Source: an uncultured Phycisphaeraceae bacterium
Lineage (GTDB): Bacteria > Planctomycetota > Phycisphaerae > UBA1845
Direction: 5' to 3'
Length of the DNA stretch: 41,899 nt
Assembly: GCA_964552515.1 (NCBI GenBank)
Contig: CAZKIN010000005.1
Span: 1 to 41,899 of the forward strand
The notes under the pieces are model-generated. The model saw only the letters and a program-made list of their open reading frames with translations. It had not been told where the DNA came from and made no database searches. A program made the translations under genes and the position numbers. Below are positions 1 to 7,303 of this stretch, piece by piece. Position 1 is the stretch's first letter; each line of letters begins with the position of its first letter.

Positions 1-2
1 GC

Positions 3-692
3 GAATCCGTCAACTTCTCCGGCGTAACTGATTGCTACCAACCGCTCGAAGCGTCCTACGGCATCACGCGGGAATGCCTGGAAATATGCTTGGAATTCCG
101 CAATCCCGCCTCCATTGTGACCAAAGGTTGTCTCGTTGCGCGCGATGCCGATCTGCTCGCGAAGCTAAACACCGTCGCACGCGCGCGCGTCTGGATCAGC
201 ATCCCCTTTGCCGATGCCGAATCGTGCGCGCTGATTGAACCGCAGGCCCCCCATCCGCTGCGCCGCATCGAAACCATTCGCCGACTGACCGCAGCCGGAG
301 TGCCCACCGGCGTCATGGTCGCGCCGATCATCCCGGGCTTAAACGATCGCGACATCCCGTGGATCCTTCAGCACGCAGCGGAGGCCGGCGCTACGTCCGC
401 CTGCTTCACCGCGCTGCGCCTGCCCGGCAACGTACGCGAAGTCTTCGTCAAGCGACTCGCCGAAGTCATGCCGCTCCGCGCCAACAAAATTCTTAATCGT
501 CAGCGCGACACCCACGGCGGGCAGCTTAACCGCAGCGCCTTCGGTCAACGCATGCGCGGCGACGGTCCCTACTGGGAAGCCATTAAGTCCCTGTTCGAAG
601 TTTCGCGCCTGCGTTACGGCCTCTCCGGCCCGCGTGAGGCATCAGCCATGACTGACTCACCACTGTCTAAAACACACCTAGGTTTTGTCTAA
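3..692 (+). CDS. Radical SAM protein, PA0069/SplB-like family (5' end outside window; final 9 codons and the stop lie inside the prophage left end)
   Basis: Frame 3 is open from the window edge (ESVNFSGVTDCYQPLE...) into ORF 90..692. PIIPGLNDRDIP and LRLPGNVREVF motifs resemble this family from memory. Prophage junction falls at 665/666. Confidence 0.75.
   Translation, partial: ESVNFSGVTDCYQPLEASYGITRECLEICLEFRNPASIVTKGCLVARDADLLAKLNTVARARVWISIPFADAESCALIEPQAPHPLRRIETIRRLTAAGVPTGVMVAPIIPGLNDRDIPWILQHAAEAGATSACFTALRLPGNVREVFVKRLAEVMPLRANKILNRQRDTHGGQLNRSAFGQRMRGDGPYWEAIKSLFEVSRLRYGLSGPREASAMTDSPLSKTHLGFV
661..665. repeat. Left copy of 5-bp target-site duplication CACTG
   Basis: CACTG directly abuts the outer edge of the left terminal inverted repeat. 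An identical pentamer abuts the right end at 41795-41799. Confidence 0.7.
666..690. repeat. Left terminal inverted repeat (L1, putative transposase binding site)
   Basis: TCTAAAACACACCTAGGTTTTGTCT matches the reverse complement of 41770-41794 (TCTAAGGCGCACCACGGTTCTGGCT) at 18 of 25 positions. Confidence 0.7.
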
Positions 693-694
693 AC

Positions 695-705
695 TTCGTT
701 TGCTC
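695..705. repeat. Inverted copy of the 11-bp motif GAGCAAACGAA
   Basis: TTCGTTTGCTC is the exact reverse complement of the tandem copies at 873-883 and 884-894. Confidence 0.6.
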
Positions 706-753
706 GTAAGTGCTTGTAAATTCACGAGTTATGAGCGAAATGGCGGTTTTCTG

Positions 754-772
754 GTTCTGGACAATCCAGAAC
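754..772. repeat. Palindrome GTTCTGGA-CAA-TCCAGAAC containing the end-motif core
   Basis: 8-bp arms with a 3-nt centre. Both arms carry the GTTCTGG core shared with the end repeats. Confidence 0.6.
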
Positions 773-786
773 GAAATCGGGGGGTT

Positions 787-809
787 GCGCACCGAGGTTC
801 TGGCTTTTC
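787..809. repeat. Internal left-end copy of the right-end site (GCGCACC-NN-GGTTCTGGCTTTTC)
   Basis: GCGCACCGAGGTTCTGGCTTTTC versus the reverse complement of the right end, GCGCACCACGGTTCTGGCTTTTC: 21/23 identical. Confidence 0.7.
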
Positions 810-858
810 GGTGAGGGCGGGATTTGCGGAAAGTGCTGCAAAAATAGGCCTTTGAGGA

Positions 859-871
859 AAAAGCCAGAACC
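859..871. repeat. Inverted copy of the end motif (AAAAGCCAGAACC)
   Basis: Exact reverse complement of 796-808. Same orientation as the right-end sites. Confidence 0.6.
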
Positions 872-872
872 C

Positions 873-894
873 GAGCAAACGAAGAGCAAACGAA
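873..894. repeat. Perfect tandem duplication of GAGCAAACGAA (third degenerate copy GGCAAACGAA at 904-913)
   Basis: Read directly; verified against the codons of shadow ORF 729..1100. Confidence 0.65.
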
Positions 895-977
895 ATGACG
901 AAGGGCAAACGAAACGAAATGCGGCCCGCCACGTCGTGCAGCGTGACTGAACCGGCCTGATTGCCTGCCTGTGAAAT

Positions 978-986
978 GTTCTGGCT
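978..986. repeat. Additional left-arm copy of the end-motif core (GTTCTGGCT)
   Basis: Same orientation as 753-760 and 796-804. Lies just before the stop of CDS 989..2251. Confidence 0.4.
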
Positions 987-988
987 GG

Positions 989-2251
989 TCATTGGGGCAC
1001 CGTCGCCTTCCGGGCGATCGAGTCGGTCACATGCCCGAGGGGAGCCGCGCCGTATTTCCAATCCATGCGAATCGCCGAAACGAGCAGGTTCGCTTTCCAC
1101 CTGGCGAGCTGCGGAGGCGTGGCGCTGGGGTGATCCTTATGCCAGGCGGCGAGCTTGAATTCGATGTTGTTGCGAGCGGCCTGTGGAACCGACTCGAACC
1201 AGAGGGGGAGAGTCGCCGACACCTGGTCCATTGACCCACCGCCGGCACCGGTCTTGACTGCCGAGAGGATCATCCGGCACTTCGCGTCGTCGAGGGTCTT
1301 GAGCCATTCGGAGAGGGTGGTCGGCACGCCGACCATTTTCCCGGTGTCGGGAACATGGTTGACTGCCGCGCGGCGGCGCTGGGACCAGCGGGCCTCGCGG
1401 GAGCGGGTGCGCGGGTCGGGAGCAGTGGGCGGGATGACCGTCTCGGTGGTCTGGAGGCTGACCACTTTGGAACCCGCGGGAGCGACGGGCAGGGAGCCGG
1501 GCGGGGTGTCGTTCGTGTACTGCTTCCCAGCGTCGGCGTCCTTGCGGGCGGCGCAGAGGAGCCACCTTTCGAAGTCATGTTGAACCCACCGCGAAAAGGG
1601 TTTGAACGGGTATCGAGAGCGGTCACACGGCCAGGCGAAATAACAGTCAATGGCGGCGATCACGTCCAGGAGAATCAGGTTGCTGGCCGCGCGGTGGGCG
1701 CGGATCAGACCAGGCACCGTGCGGGTCAACATGCCCGCCGCCTGGTTGATTAAGGCTCCGTCGATTGTGTCCATTCCGCCGATGCGAAACGCCCACCAGG
1801 CACAGATGATGACCGCGTCGCGGGCGACGGCGGGATCGAGGTGGACGGTCGATCGAGGCCGGGCCGTGTAGCGATCCGCCAGGCCGTCCGCGCCGTCGAG
1901 CTCGTAACTCTTGACCCACCCGCGCACGCTGTTCAGCGAGCAGTCGAGCAGCTCGGCAACTTGGATATGCAGCTTGCGATCGGAGGCGTCGGGGTGCTCC
2001 TTGCGCAGCCTGGCGAAATGTTCGACGGCTTCCGCGCGGCGGCGGACGGCGGGATCAGTTGAAGAGGCAACAGGCAACGGGCAACAGGCAACAGCAGGGG
2101 AACGGTGGTACTTGATGGCAATCTCGGTGCGTCCGCCGGCACCAGCGTACGGGAAGCGCGCGGAACCCATGACCGCGTCGCCGTCACGCGATGCGGTGAA
2201 TTGGATGCGTTCGAACTCGAACGACGTGGGATCAGTCGTCTTCGTCGTCAT
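989..2251 (-). CDS. Hypothetical DNA-binding protein with transposase-type HTH; terminal gene of the leftward operon
   Basis: ORF 989..2299. The ATG at 2251 (MTTKTT) overlaps the stop of the upstream gene. LHIQVAELLDCSLNSVRGWVKSYELDGADGLADRY resembles IS630/homeodomain-like HTH. Contains a heptamer array at 2066-2093. Confidence 0.6.
   Translation of the reverse strand: MTTKTTDPTSFEFERIQFTASRDGDAVMGSARFPYAGAGGRTEIAIKYHRSPAVACCPLPVASSTDPAVRRRAEAVEHFARLRKEHPDASDRKLHIQVAELLDCSLNSVRGWVKSYELDGADGLADRYTARPRSTVHLDPAVARDAVIICAWWAFRIGGMDTIDGALINQAAGMLTRTVPGLIRAHRAASNLILLDVIAAIDCYFAWPCDRSRYPFKPFSRWVQHDFERWLLCAARKDADAGKQYTNDTPPGSLPVAPAGSKVVSLQTTETVIPPTAPDPRTRSREARWSQRRRAAVNHVPDTGKMVGVPTTLSEWLKTLDDAKCRMILSAVKTGAGGGSMDQVSATLPLWFESVPQAARNNIEFKLAAWHKDHPSATPPQLARWKANLLVSAIRMDWKYGAAPLGHVTDSIARKATVPQ
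2066..2093. repeat. Heptamer tandem array GGCAACA x4 (one GGCAACG) on the + strand
   Basis: Inside minus-strand CDS 989..2251, antisense to the gene; translated there as CCPLPVA. Confidence 0.8.
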
Positions 2252-2483
2252 CCGGTTCCTCAGTCTCGAAGTCCTTGCCGCAATGTTTACAGGTAACATC
2301 CAGCGGTGCCGACACCCAGTCGCCAGTCATGGGATCAGGAATGCCGTGATCCTCCTTCATGTGCTGCTTGTCTTCGTCGCTTAATTCGCAAGTGACCGCG
2401 CGTTCGAAATTCTCGCGGCCGCACTCCGGGCAGTCCCATGACCACGCCTGGTGGAGCTCTACTTTTTCAGGTTCTCTGGGCAT
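2232..2483 (-). CDS. Small zinc-ribbon protein with acidic C-terminal tail
   Basis: CPECG...CKHCG pairs and tail EEPDDDEDD. Tightly packed in the operon. Confidence 0.6.
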   Translation of the reverse strand: MPREPEKVELHQAWSWDCPECGRENFERAVTCELSDEDKQHMKEDHGIPDPMTGDWVSAPLDVTCKHCGKDFETEEPDDDEDD

Positions 2484-2497
2484 CGTCCGTCGATCCT

Positions 2498-2695
2498 TCA
2501 GGCATTCACTTGCTCCAGCAGCAGGTCAATTTGTCCCCGCAAGACCTTGAGGTCCTCCGTGACTTCGGAGGCCTCAGCGTGCACGCGATCGGCCACGGAT
2601 TCAACCGCCACTGCGGCACGGCGAAGCATGTATTCGCGCGGCTTGTCCCAGGAGAGTTCTTCGGGAGCGGTCTTGCGTCTGATTGTCGTGGTCAT
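2498..2695 (-). CDS. Hypothetical protein (65 aa, helical/coiled-coil-like C terminus)
   Basis: ATGA start/stop overlap with the upstream gene at 2692-2695. Confidence 0.5.
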   Translation of the reverse strand: MTTTIRRKTAPEELSWDKPREYMLRRAAVAVESVADRVHAEASEVTEDLKVLRGQIDLLLEQVNA

Positions 2696-2850
2696 GCCCG
2701 GCCCTTCCAGATTTCGTCCAGGTAGCGCAAGTCGGCCTCATGCGGAATCCCCAGGCCAAGGCCATACAAGTAACAGCGGTGGGCGTGCTCCCACACCTGG
2801 TGTGAAAGAAAAGCCCAGCGCAGATGCCTGATGCCCCACCACTTCTTCAT
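2692..2850 (-). CDS. Hypothetical small Trp/His-rich protein (52 aa)
   Basis: The internal ATG at 2850 forms an ATGA overlap with the stop of 2847..3113. The longer ORF 2692..2937 has an Arg-rich, shadow-like N terminus. Confidence 0.45.
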   Translation of the reverse strand: MKKWWGIRHLRWAFLSHQVWEHAHRCYLYGLGLGIPHEADLRYLDEIWKGRA

Positions 2851-3113
2851 GACGGCACCGGCTCCCACGCGTGGGCGAAGGTTCGGGCGTCGACGGCGGT
2901 GGCACGGCCGGGCGTGCCCCATTCCTCCACGATCCAATCGCCACTGCGGACCGCGATGATCTGGCCGCGGGCGTTCGCCACGAACGCGGAATCAGGATCG
3001 GCCGAGTCGGGCACGCGCACCAGCGGGTTGGGTACGTGCCGTGCGTCGCCCGGCGGGAACCACTGCACGGCTTCCAATGCGTCTGTTTTCCTGCGGTATT
3101 TAGCCACGTTCAT
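2847..3113 (-). CDS. Hypothetical phage protein (88 aa)
   Basis: The ATG at 3113 is preceded by AAGGAGG. The longer ORF to 3167 would overlap the RecQ 3' end. Confidence 0.55.
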   Translation of the reverse strand: MNVAKYRRKTDALEAVQWFPPGDARHVPNPLVRVPDSADPDSAFVANARGQIIAVRSGDWIVEEWGTPGRATAVDARTFAHAWEPVPS

Positions 3114-3148
3114 CCTCCTTGAATAAATCCGGCGGGTCGAGACCCACC

Positions 3149-4531
3149 CTACAAAACTGCCATGCAAACGTCACAATTTCCGCAACGGCCGCGATGCTCC
3201 TGGCCAAAATATTCCAGCAGGTATTCGCGGCGGCATCCTTCGGTGGTGACCAGTGAGTCGTCCTTCGGCTCTGAGGCCAGCCAGCAGAATTGGTCCATGG
3301 ACCAGAGCCGTTCGGAACGCGGATCGTCGTTCTCGAGACCGGAGCCGTTCGTGAGTATGTCGTCCCAGGTGCAGGCGTCTTCCGCGCCGTAAAACAGCAC
3401 GCACTCGGCGGGCTTTCCGTCGCGGCCGGCGCGGCCCACCTCCTGGTGGTAGACCTCCAGCGATGAAGGCATGCCTGCGTGCAGCACGAAACGCACGTCC
3501 GGCTTGTCGATGCCCATGCCGAAGGCGATCGTCGCCACGATCACGTCGAGCAGCCCCGCCATGAAGCAGTCCTGCACCGAGTCGCGTTCGTCGGCGGTCA
3601 TCCCCGCGTGATACGGGGCCGCGCGCAGGCCGTGTTCGCCCTTGCGGTCCTGCAACATGTGCGCGATGCGTTCGGTTTCGGCCCGAGTTATCGCGTAGAT
3701 GATCCCGCAATGTGGGCGAGACGGTGACCTGTACGCAGTACGGACGAAGTCAATTAATTGCTGGTCGATGTCTTCGCGGTCGTTGACGCGATAGCTCAGG
3801 TTCGGTCGGTCGAAATCGCCTACAAATACGGCGGCATTACGCAGGCCCAGCGAGGCCGCAATCTCTTCACGCGCGGCGGGCGTCGCCGTCGCCGTGAAGG
3901 CGCTCACCACAATGCCAGGCTTGGTCTTGCGCAGCGCCGCGATGTGCACGCCGAGTTCTTTGTAGGCCTTGCGAAACGGCGGCGCACCTTCGCTGCCGTG
4001 GCTCTCGCCCCACTCGGTTACGCAGTGTGCTTCGTCCACCACGATGGTGGCGAGCTTCACCCTGCCCGACAGCCAGGTGAAGAAACGCGGACTGACAAAA
4101 CGCTCCGGAGAAATGTAGAGCAGCGGCAACTGCCCCTGCTCCGCCAGCGTCATGAAGATCTGCTCGTCGGTGGGATGCGTCTCGCAATTGATGCACGCGG
4201 CGAGCTTCGCGTCCAGGGGAAACAGCGGCGCACGCGGGCGCTGCGCGTTGATCCGATCGACCTGATCCTTCATCAAGGAAATCAGCGGAGTGATGACCAG
4301 TGTCAAAGCCCTGGCACGCAAGGCGGGAGCCTGAAAACAAAGCGTCTTTCCGCAGCCCGTCCCCATGACGCAGAGCTGATCCCGGCCCGCAATCCGGGCC
4401 TCGATCGACTCTCGCTGCAGCGGACGCAGTGACGCAAAATTCCAATCGGCAAGGATGGAGGAAAGCGCGTCGGCGTCCTCGTCCAGGCGGCGCGGTGATT
4501 GGGGCTGTGATCCTTTGGTCGTGGTGCTCAT
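3149..4531 (-). CDS. RecQ-family DNA helicase, core plus zinc-binding subdomain only (no WH/HRDC)
   Basis: GTGCGKT, VVDEAHCVTEWG, FTATAT, VATIAFGMGIDKPDVRFVLH, YHQEVGRAGRDG and CRREYLLEYFGQ...CGNCDVC. The protein ends 4 aa after CDVC. Confidence 0.85.
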   Translation of the reverse strand: MSTTTKGSQPQSPRRLDEDADALSSILADWNFASLRPLQRESIEARIAGRDQLCVMGTGCGKTLCFQAPALRARALTLVITPLISLMKDQVDRINAQRPRAPLFPLDAKLAACINCETHPTDEQIFMTLAEQGQLPLLYISPERFVSPRFFTWLSGRVKLATIVVDEAHCVTEWGESHGSEGAPPFRKAYKELGVHIAALRKTKPGIVVSAFTATATPAAREEIAASLGLRNAAVFVGDFDRPNLSYRVNDREDIDQQLIDFVRTAYRSPSRPHCGIIYAITRAETERIAHMLQDRKGEHGLRAAPYHAGMTADERDSVQDCFMAGLLDVIVATIAFGMGIDKPDVRFVLHAGMPSSLEVYHQEVGRAGRDGKPAECVLFYGAEDACTWDDILTNGSGLENDDPRSERLWSMDQFCWLASEPKDDSLVTTEGCRREYLLEYFGQEHRGRCGNCDVCMAVL

Positions 4532-5385
4532 GCTGCCTGCCTCAAAACAGTGGTCAGATCATCTGTCGTCTGGTCGGTATACACCCACACTTCGCGGCCC
4601 GCGGAACTGGCGAGCTGCGAATCGTTGATGCTGTAGGTCTGGTATTCAAAAGAGCCGCCGGCGGGCGTGACCACCCGCGCATCCGACGACACGAAAAACG
4701 CTTCCATCTTCACGCGGTCCAGCGCGAACGACCTGGGAATGTTGCCCTTGCCTGCGGCGTCCACCACAGTGAGCGGCGGCATCGGCTGCCACGCGGTGGT
4801 GCCCTGCGGACGCCGCCACTGGTAACGGAAAAACCAGCCGATCAGCACCGTCGCCAGCGGGTCCATCGCATAGGAAAGTTTGCCCGGGTTGGTGCTTAAA
4901 TGCGGCATGCCGAAATGGGCCACGATGCCGGTTTGTGCCACCGCCTGGGCATAGAACTGGCTGCGGAGCATGTCGATCACTTCGGGCGCCCAGCCGACGT
5001 TTTCGCACTTCTTCCAGGCGGTGCCGTCATAGCTCTCCGCGTCGATGCACCAGCGCAAGCCGGCGAAGTTCGCGGCGAGCCACTTGGCGATCGCCTCCAG
5101 CCGCCCGGCCAGTGCGCCCAGCGACAGGTGGGCCATGGGGAACAAATTGCTGGGCGGATAGAGCCGCACGGTGATGATGACTTCGACGCCTGCCTGGCGC
5201 ATGTTCTCAATGAACGAATGCACCGACATGGGGATCAAGTCGGGCAAGTCCAAAAAGCGAATGAACACGCGGCCCTTGCCGTCGGCGTCCGTGCACCAGT
5301 CCACGATGGCGTCGGAGTATTCCCACAAATCGCGGGTCTGATGCTTGGCGGCGATCACCTCTTCGCCGCTGAATACGCTTCTCAT
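4528..5385 (-). CDS. Hypothetical 285-aa protein translationally coupled to RecQ (alternating beta/alpha pattern; fold unknown)
   Basis: ATGA overlaps at both ends (5382-5385 and 4528-4531). No motif recognised. Confidence 0.6.
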   Translation of the reverse strand: MRSVFSGEEVIAAKHQTRDLWEYSDAIVDWCTDADGKGRVFIRFLDLPDLIPMSVHSFIENMRQAGVEVIITVRLYPPSNLFPMAHLSLGALAGRLEAIAKWLAANFAGLRWCIDAESYDGTAWKKCENVGWAPEVIDMLRSQFYAQAVAQTGIVAHFGMPHLSTNPGKLSYAMDPLATVLIGWFFRYQWRRPQGTTAWQPMPPLTVVDAAGKGNIPRSFALDRVKMEAFFVSSDARVVTPAGGSFEYQTYSINDSQLASSAGREVWVYTDQTTDDLTTVLRQAA

Positions 5386-5837
5386 GAGTGGGCCTCCGAA
5401 CTGCGAGTGCTTGAGCGGTCAAGCATGCGCTTGAGGACGTTGATCACTTCACCCGCACGGCGGGCGCTGGCGAGCTGCCGCGCGTCGCGGCACTTGAAGT
5501 TCTTCTCCAGCCAACTGCGGAACTTGTCGTCGTCGCCGAAAAACTGCATGCCCAGCCGTTCGATCTGTTCAATGAGCGGGGCGTCGATCATGGTGAGAAT
5601 GCCCGGCGTGGCGCGACGACGTTTGTTCGGCGCCTTGCCCGGCGGGTTGGGCAGGTCCTCGCGGGAGAGCCGGCGAATGTGCATCGACGCGTCGGCAGCC
5701 GAGAGCGTGCGGATCGAATCGGTTCCGCAGGACTCGCGCAAGGCCTCCAGATCGAGACCGCACCGCCGTGCCGCGACGTTCAGTTTGCGGATCTGCTCCT
5801 TGGTGATCGATCCGGGTTTTTGATTCAGGGTCGGCAT
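5382..5837 (-). CDS. Mu gp16/GemA-like regulatory protein (DUF1018-like)
   Basis: ITKEQIRKLNVAARRCGLDLEALRE...LSAADASMHIRRL resembles the GemA family layout. The ATG at 5837 is preferred over the TTG at 5849. Confidence 0.55.
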   Translation of the reverse strand: MPTLNQKPGSITKEQIRKLNVAARRCGLDLEALRESCGTDSIRTLSAADASMHIRRLSREDLPNPPGKAPNKRRRATPGILTMIDAPLIEQIERLGMQFFGDDDKFRSWLEKNFKCRDARQLASARRAGEVINVLKRMLDRSSTRSSEAHS

Positions 5838-5860
5838 ATAAGAATCCAAGCCACGAATGG

Positions 5861-6121
5861 CTAGTTTTGTGCATACTTAAAACGGTTCCGCCAGAATCGT
5901 TCATAGAGCGCCCGGGGCATCTGGCAGCCTTCGCGGAGCAGCACCGTGCGTTCGCTAAACACATACGCCATCTTCGCCACCACGCCCGGCGGGAACGGTG
6001 CCCGAAGCCCGTTCTTACGCGGGTCGTTTTCGGATGGATCAACTTCGCCCACGTCCTGCGTGCAGGCCGCGAGTTCCATCATCTCGTGGAAAAAAGCTTC
6101 GGCTGTGGTGGTGCCATCCAT
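5861..6121 (-). CDS. Hypothetical protein (86 aa)
   Basis: ATG with AAGGA upstream. Sits between the MuB-like and GemA-like genes. Confidence 0.5.
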   Translation of the reverse strand: MDGTTTAEAFFHEMMELAACTQDVGEVDPSENDPRKNGLRAPFPPGVVAKMAYVFSERTVLLREGCQMPRALYERFWRNRFKYAQN

Positions 6122-6133
6122 GGCGGAGAATCC

Positions 6134-7303
6134 TTAAGCGATTTTGATATCCGGCTCGTCCACGCTGACCCCGCGCATCCGCATTTCGTCGCGGGACAGT
6201 TCATCTTCTCGCGACTGCAATTCCGCCACGCGCAGCGATTCGGCGCGGATGGTGACCGTCGCCTCGGGAGAAAGCTTGCGCGCCGTGCGCTCCACCAAGA
6301 TGGCCCACTCGTGCAGATTGTCGCAGAGGCCCAGCGAGCCACGCCCCAGATGGTTGGCGCAGTCCTGCAGGTACTTCGCCGCGTCGTCCGCCAGGCGGAC
6401 CTTGTCGGATTCGTACAGGCCGCGAATGTCCGCAATGGTGAAGAGCGGCTTGCGCCCACCGGGCACCTTGTCGCGGCCGTGCGTCAGATCGCAGAACCAG
6501 CCAACGCGGCGGTACAACTGGCCGTGGTTCTCGTCGATCGAATCCTTGATGCGCTGCGCGAGGTCAATGGTGGAGACCATCAGAACGGGCACCTTGCACT
6601 CGTCGAAAACATCGCGCACGAATTCCAGGGTGAGGTCGGGAAGGTTGTGCGCCTCGTCGATGATGATCAGGCGGTTGGAATCCTTAAGCTCCTCCACCAG
6701 CAGCGTGCCGATGGCGACATAGCCGCGTCCCGCCTTCTTTGACTTGCGGCGAGTGACCCGCGCTTCCTTCGCCAGGGCGGTGCGGAAGTCGCGCCAGCCG
6801 CGGTTCTCGCGGGTGACGCGGATGTACACGCTGCCGGGATACTTTTCGGAAACGACCAGCGACACCATGCTCTTGCCGATGCCGGTCGGTCCGTAGGCCA
6901 CGGCGATCATCCGCCGTTTGACCGCTTCATCGGCGCAATTCTTCAGCCGCCGGGCCACGATGGTTTCCACGTACTTGCGCTGTGGACGCATACGCCGCCG
7001 CCGCGCGTCAATCTCCAGCCAGTCATTGAGCGTGCGGATGTGCTCGTCGATTTTGGTGGGATGATCGTAGCTGCCGGCGAGAATGGCGCTGACGTTTCCG
7101 TCGCCGCCGATCTCCGGACATTGCTTCGCCAGGCTTTTCTGCTTGATGTCGTATTTGGCGATGTGCTCATTGACCGCCCGCACAACATCGGCGCGCTGGT
7201 CAGCCGTCAGTGGTCCATCGATTGGAAGCATCCTTGCCGCCAGAAGTCTGCGCGACTCCTGCTCCATTTTCTGGTGTAAATCGCGATCAACCCAGAAGGT
7301 CAT
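6134..7303 (-). CDS. MuB-like AAA+ DNA transposition ATPase
   Basis: Walker A GPTGIGKS and Walker B LIIIDEAHNL. Immediately downstream of, and overlapping, the transposase gene. Confidence 0.8.
   Translation of the reverse strand: MTFWVDRDLHQKMEQESRRLLAARMLPIDGPLTADQRADVVRAVNEHIAKYDIKQKSLAKQCPEIGGDGNVSAILAGSYDHPTKIDEHIRTLNDWLEIDARRRRMRPQRKYVETIVARRLKNCADEAVKRRMIAVAYGPTGIGKSMVSLVVSEKYPGSVYIRVTRENRGWRDFRTALAKEARVTRRKSKKAGRGYVAIGTLLVEELKDSNRLIIIDEAHNLPDLTLEFVRDVFDECKVPVLMVSTIDLAQRIKDSIDENHGQLYRRVGWFCDLTHGRDKVPGGRKPLFTIADIRGLYESDKVRLADDAAKYLQDCANHLGRGSLGLCDNLHEWAILVERTARKLSPEATVTIRAESLRVAELQSREDELSRDEMRMRGVSVDEPDIKIA

Noticed and set aside
729-1100. A 123-aa minus-strand ORF across the left-end repeats.
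   Set aside because: It is composed of translated repeat motifs, overlaps the 3' end of 989..2251 and has a low-complexity product. I used it only as a coordinate check.
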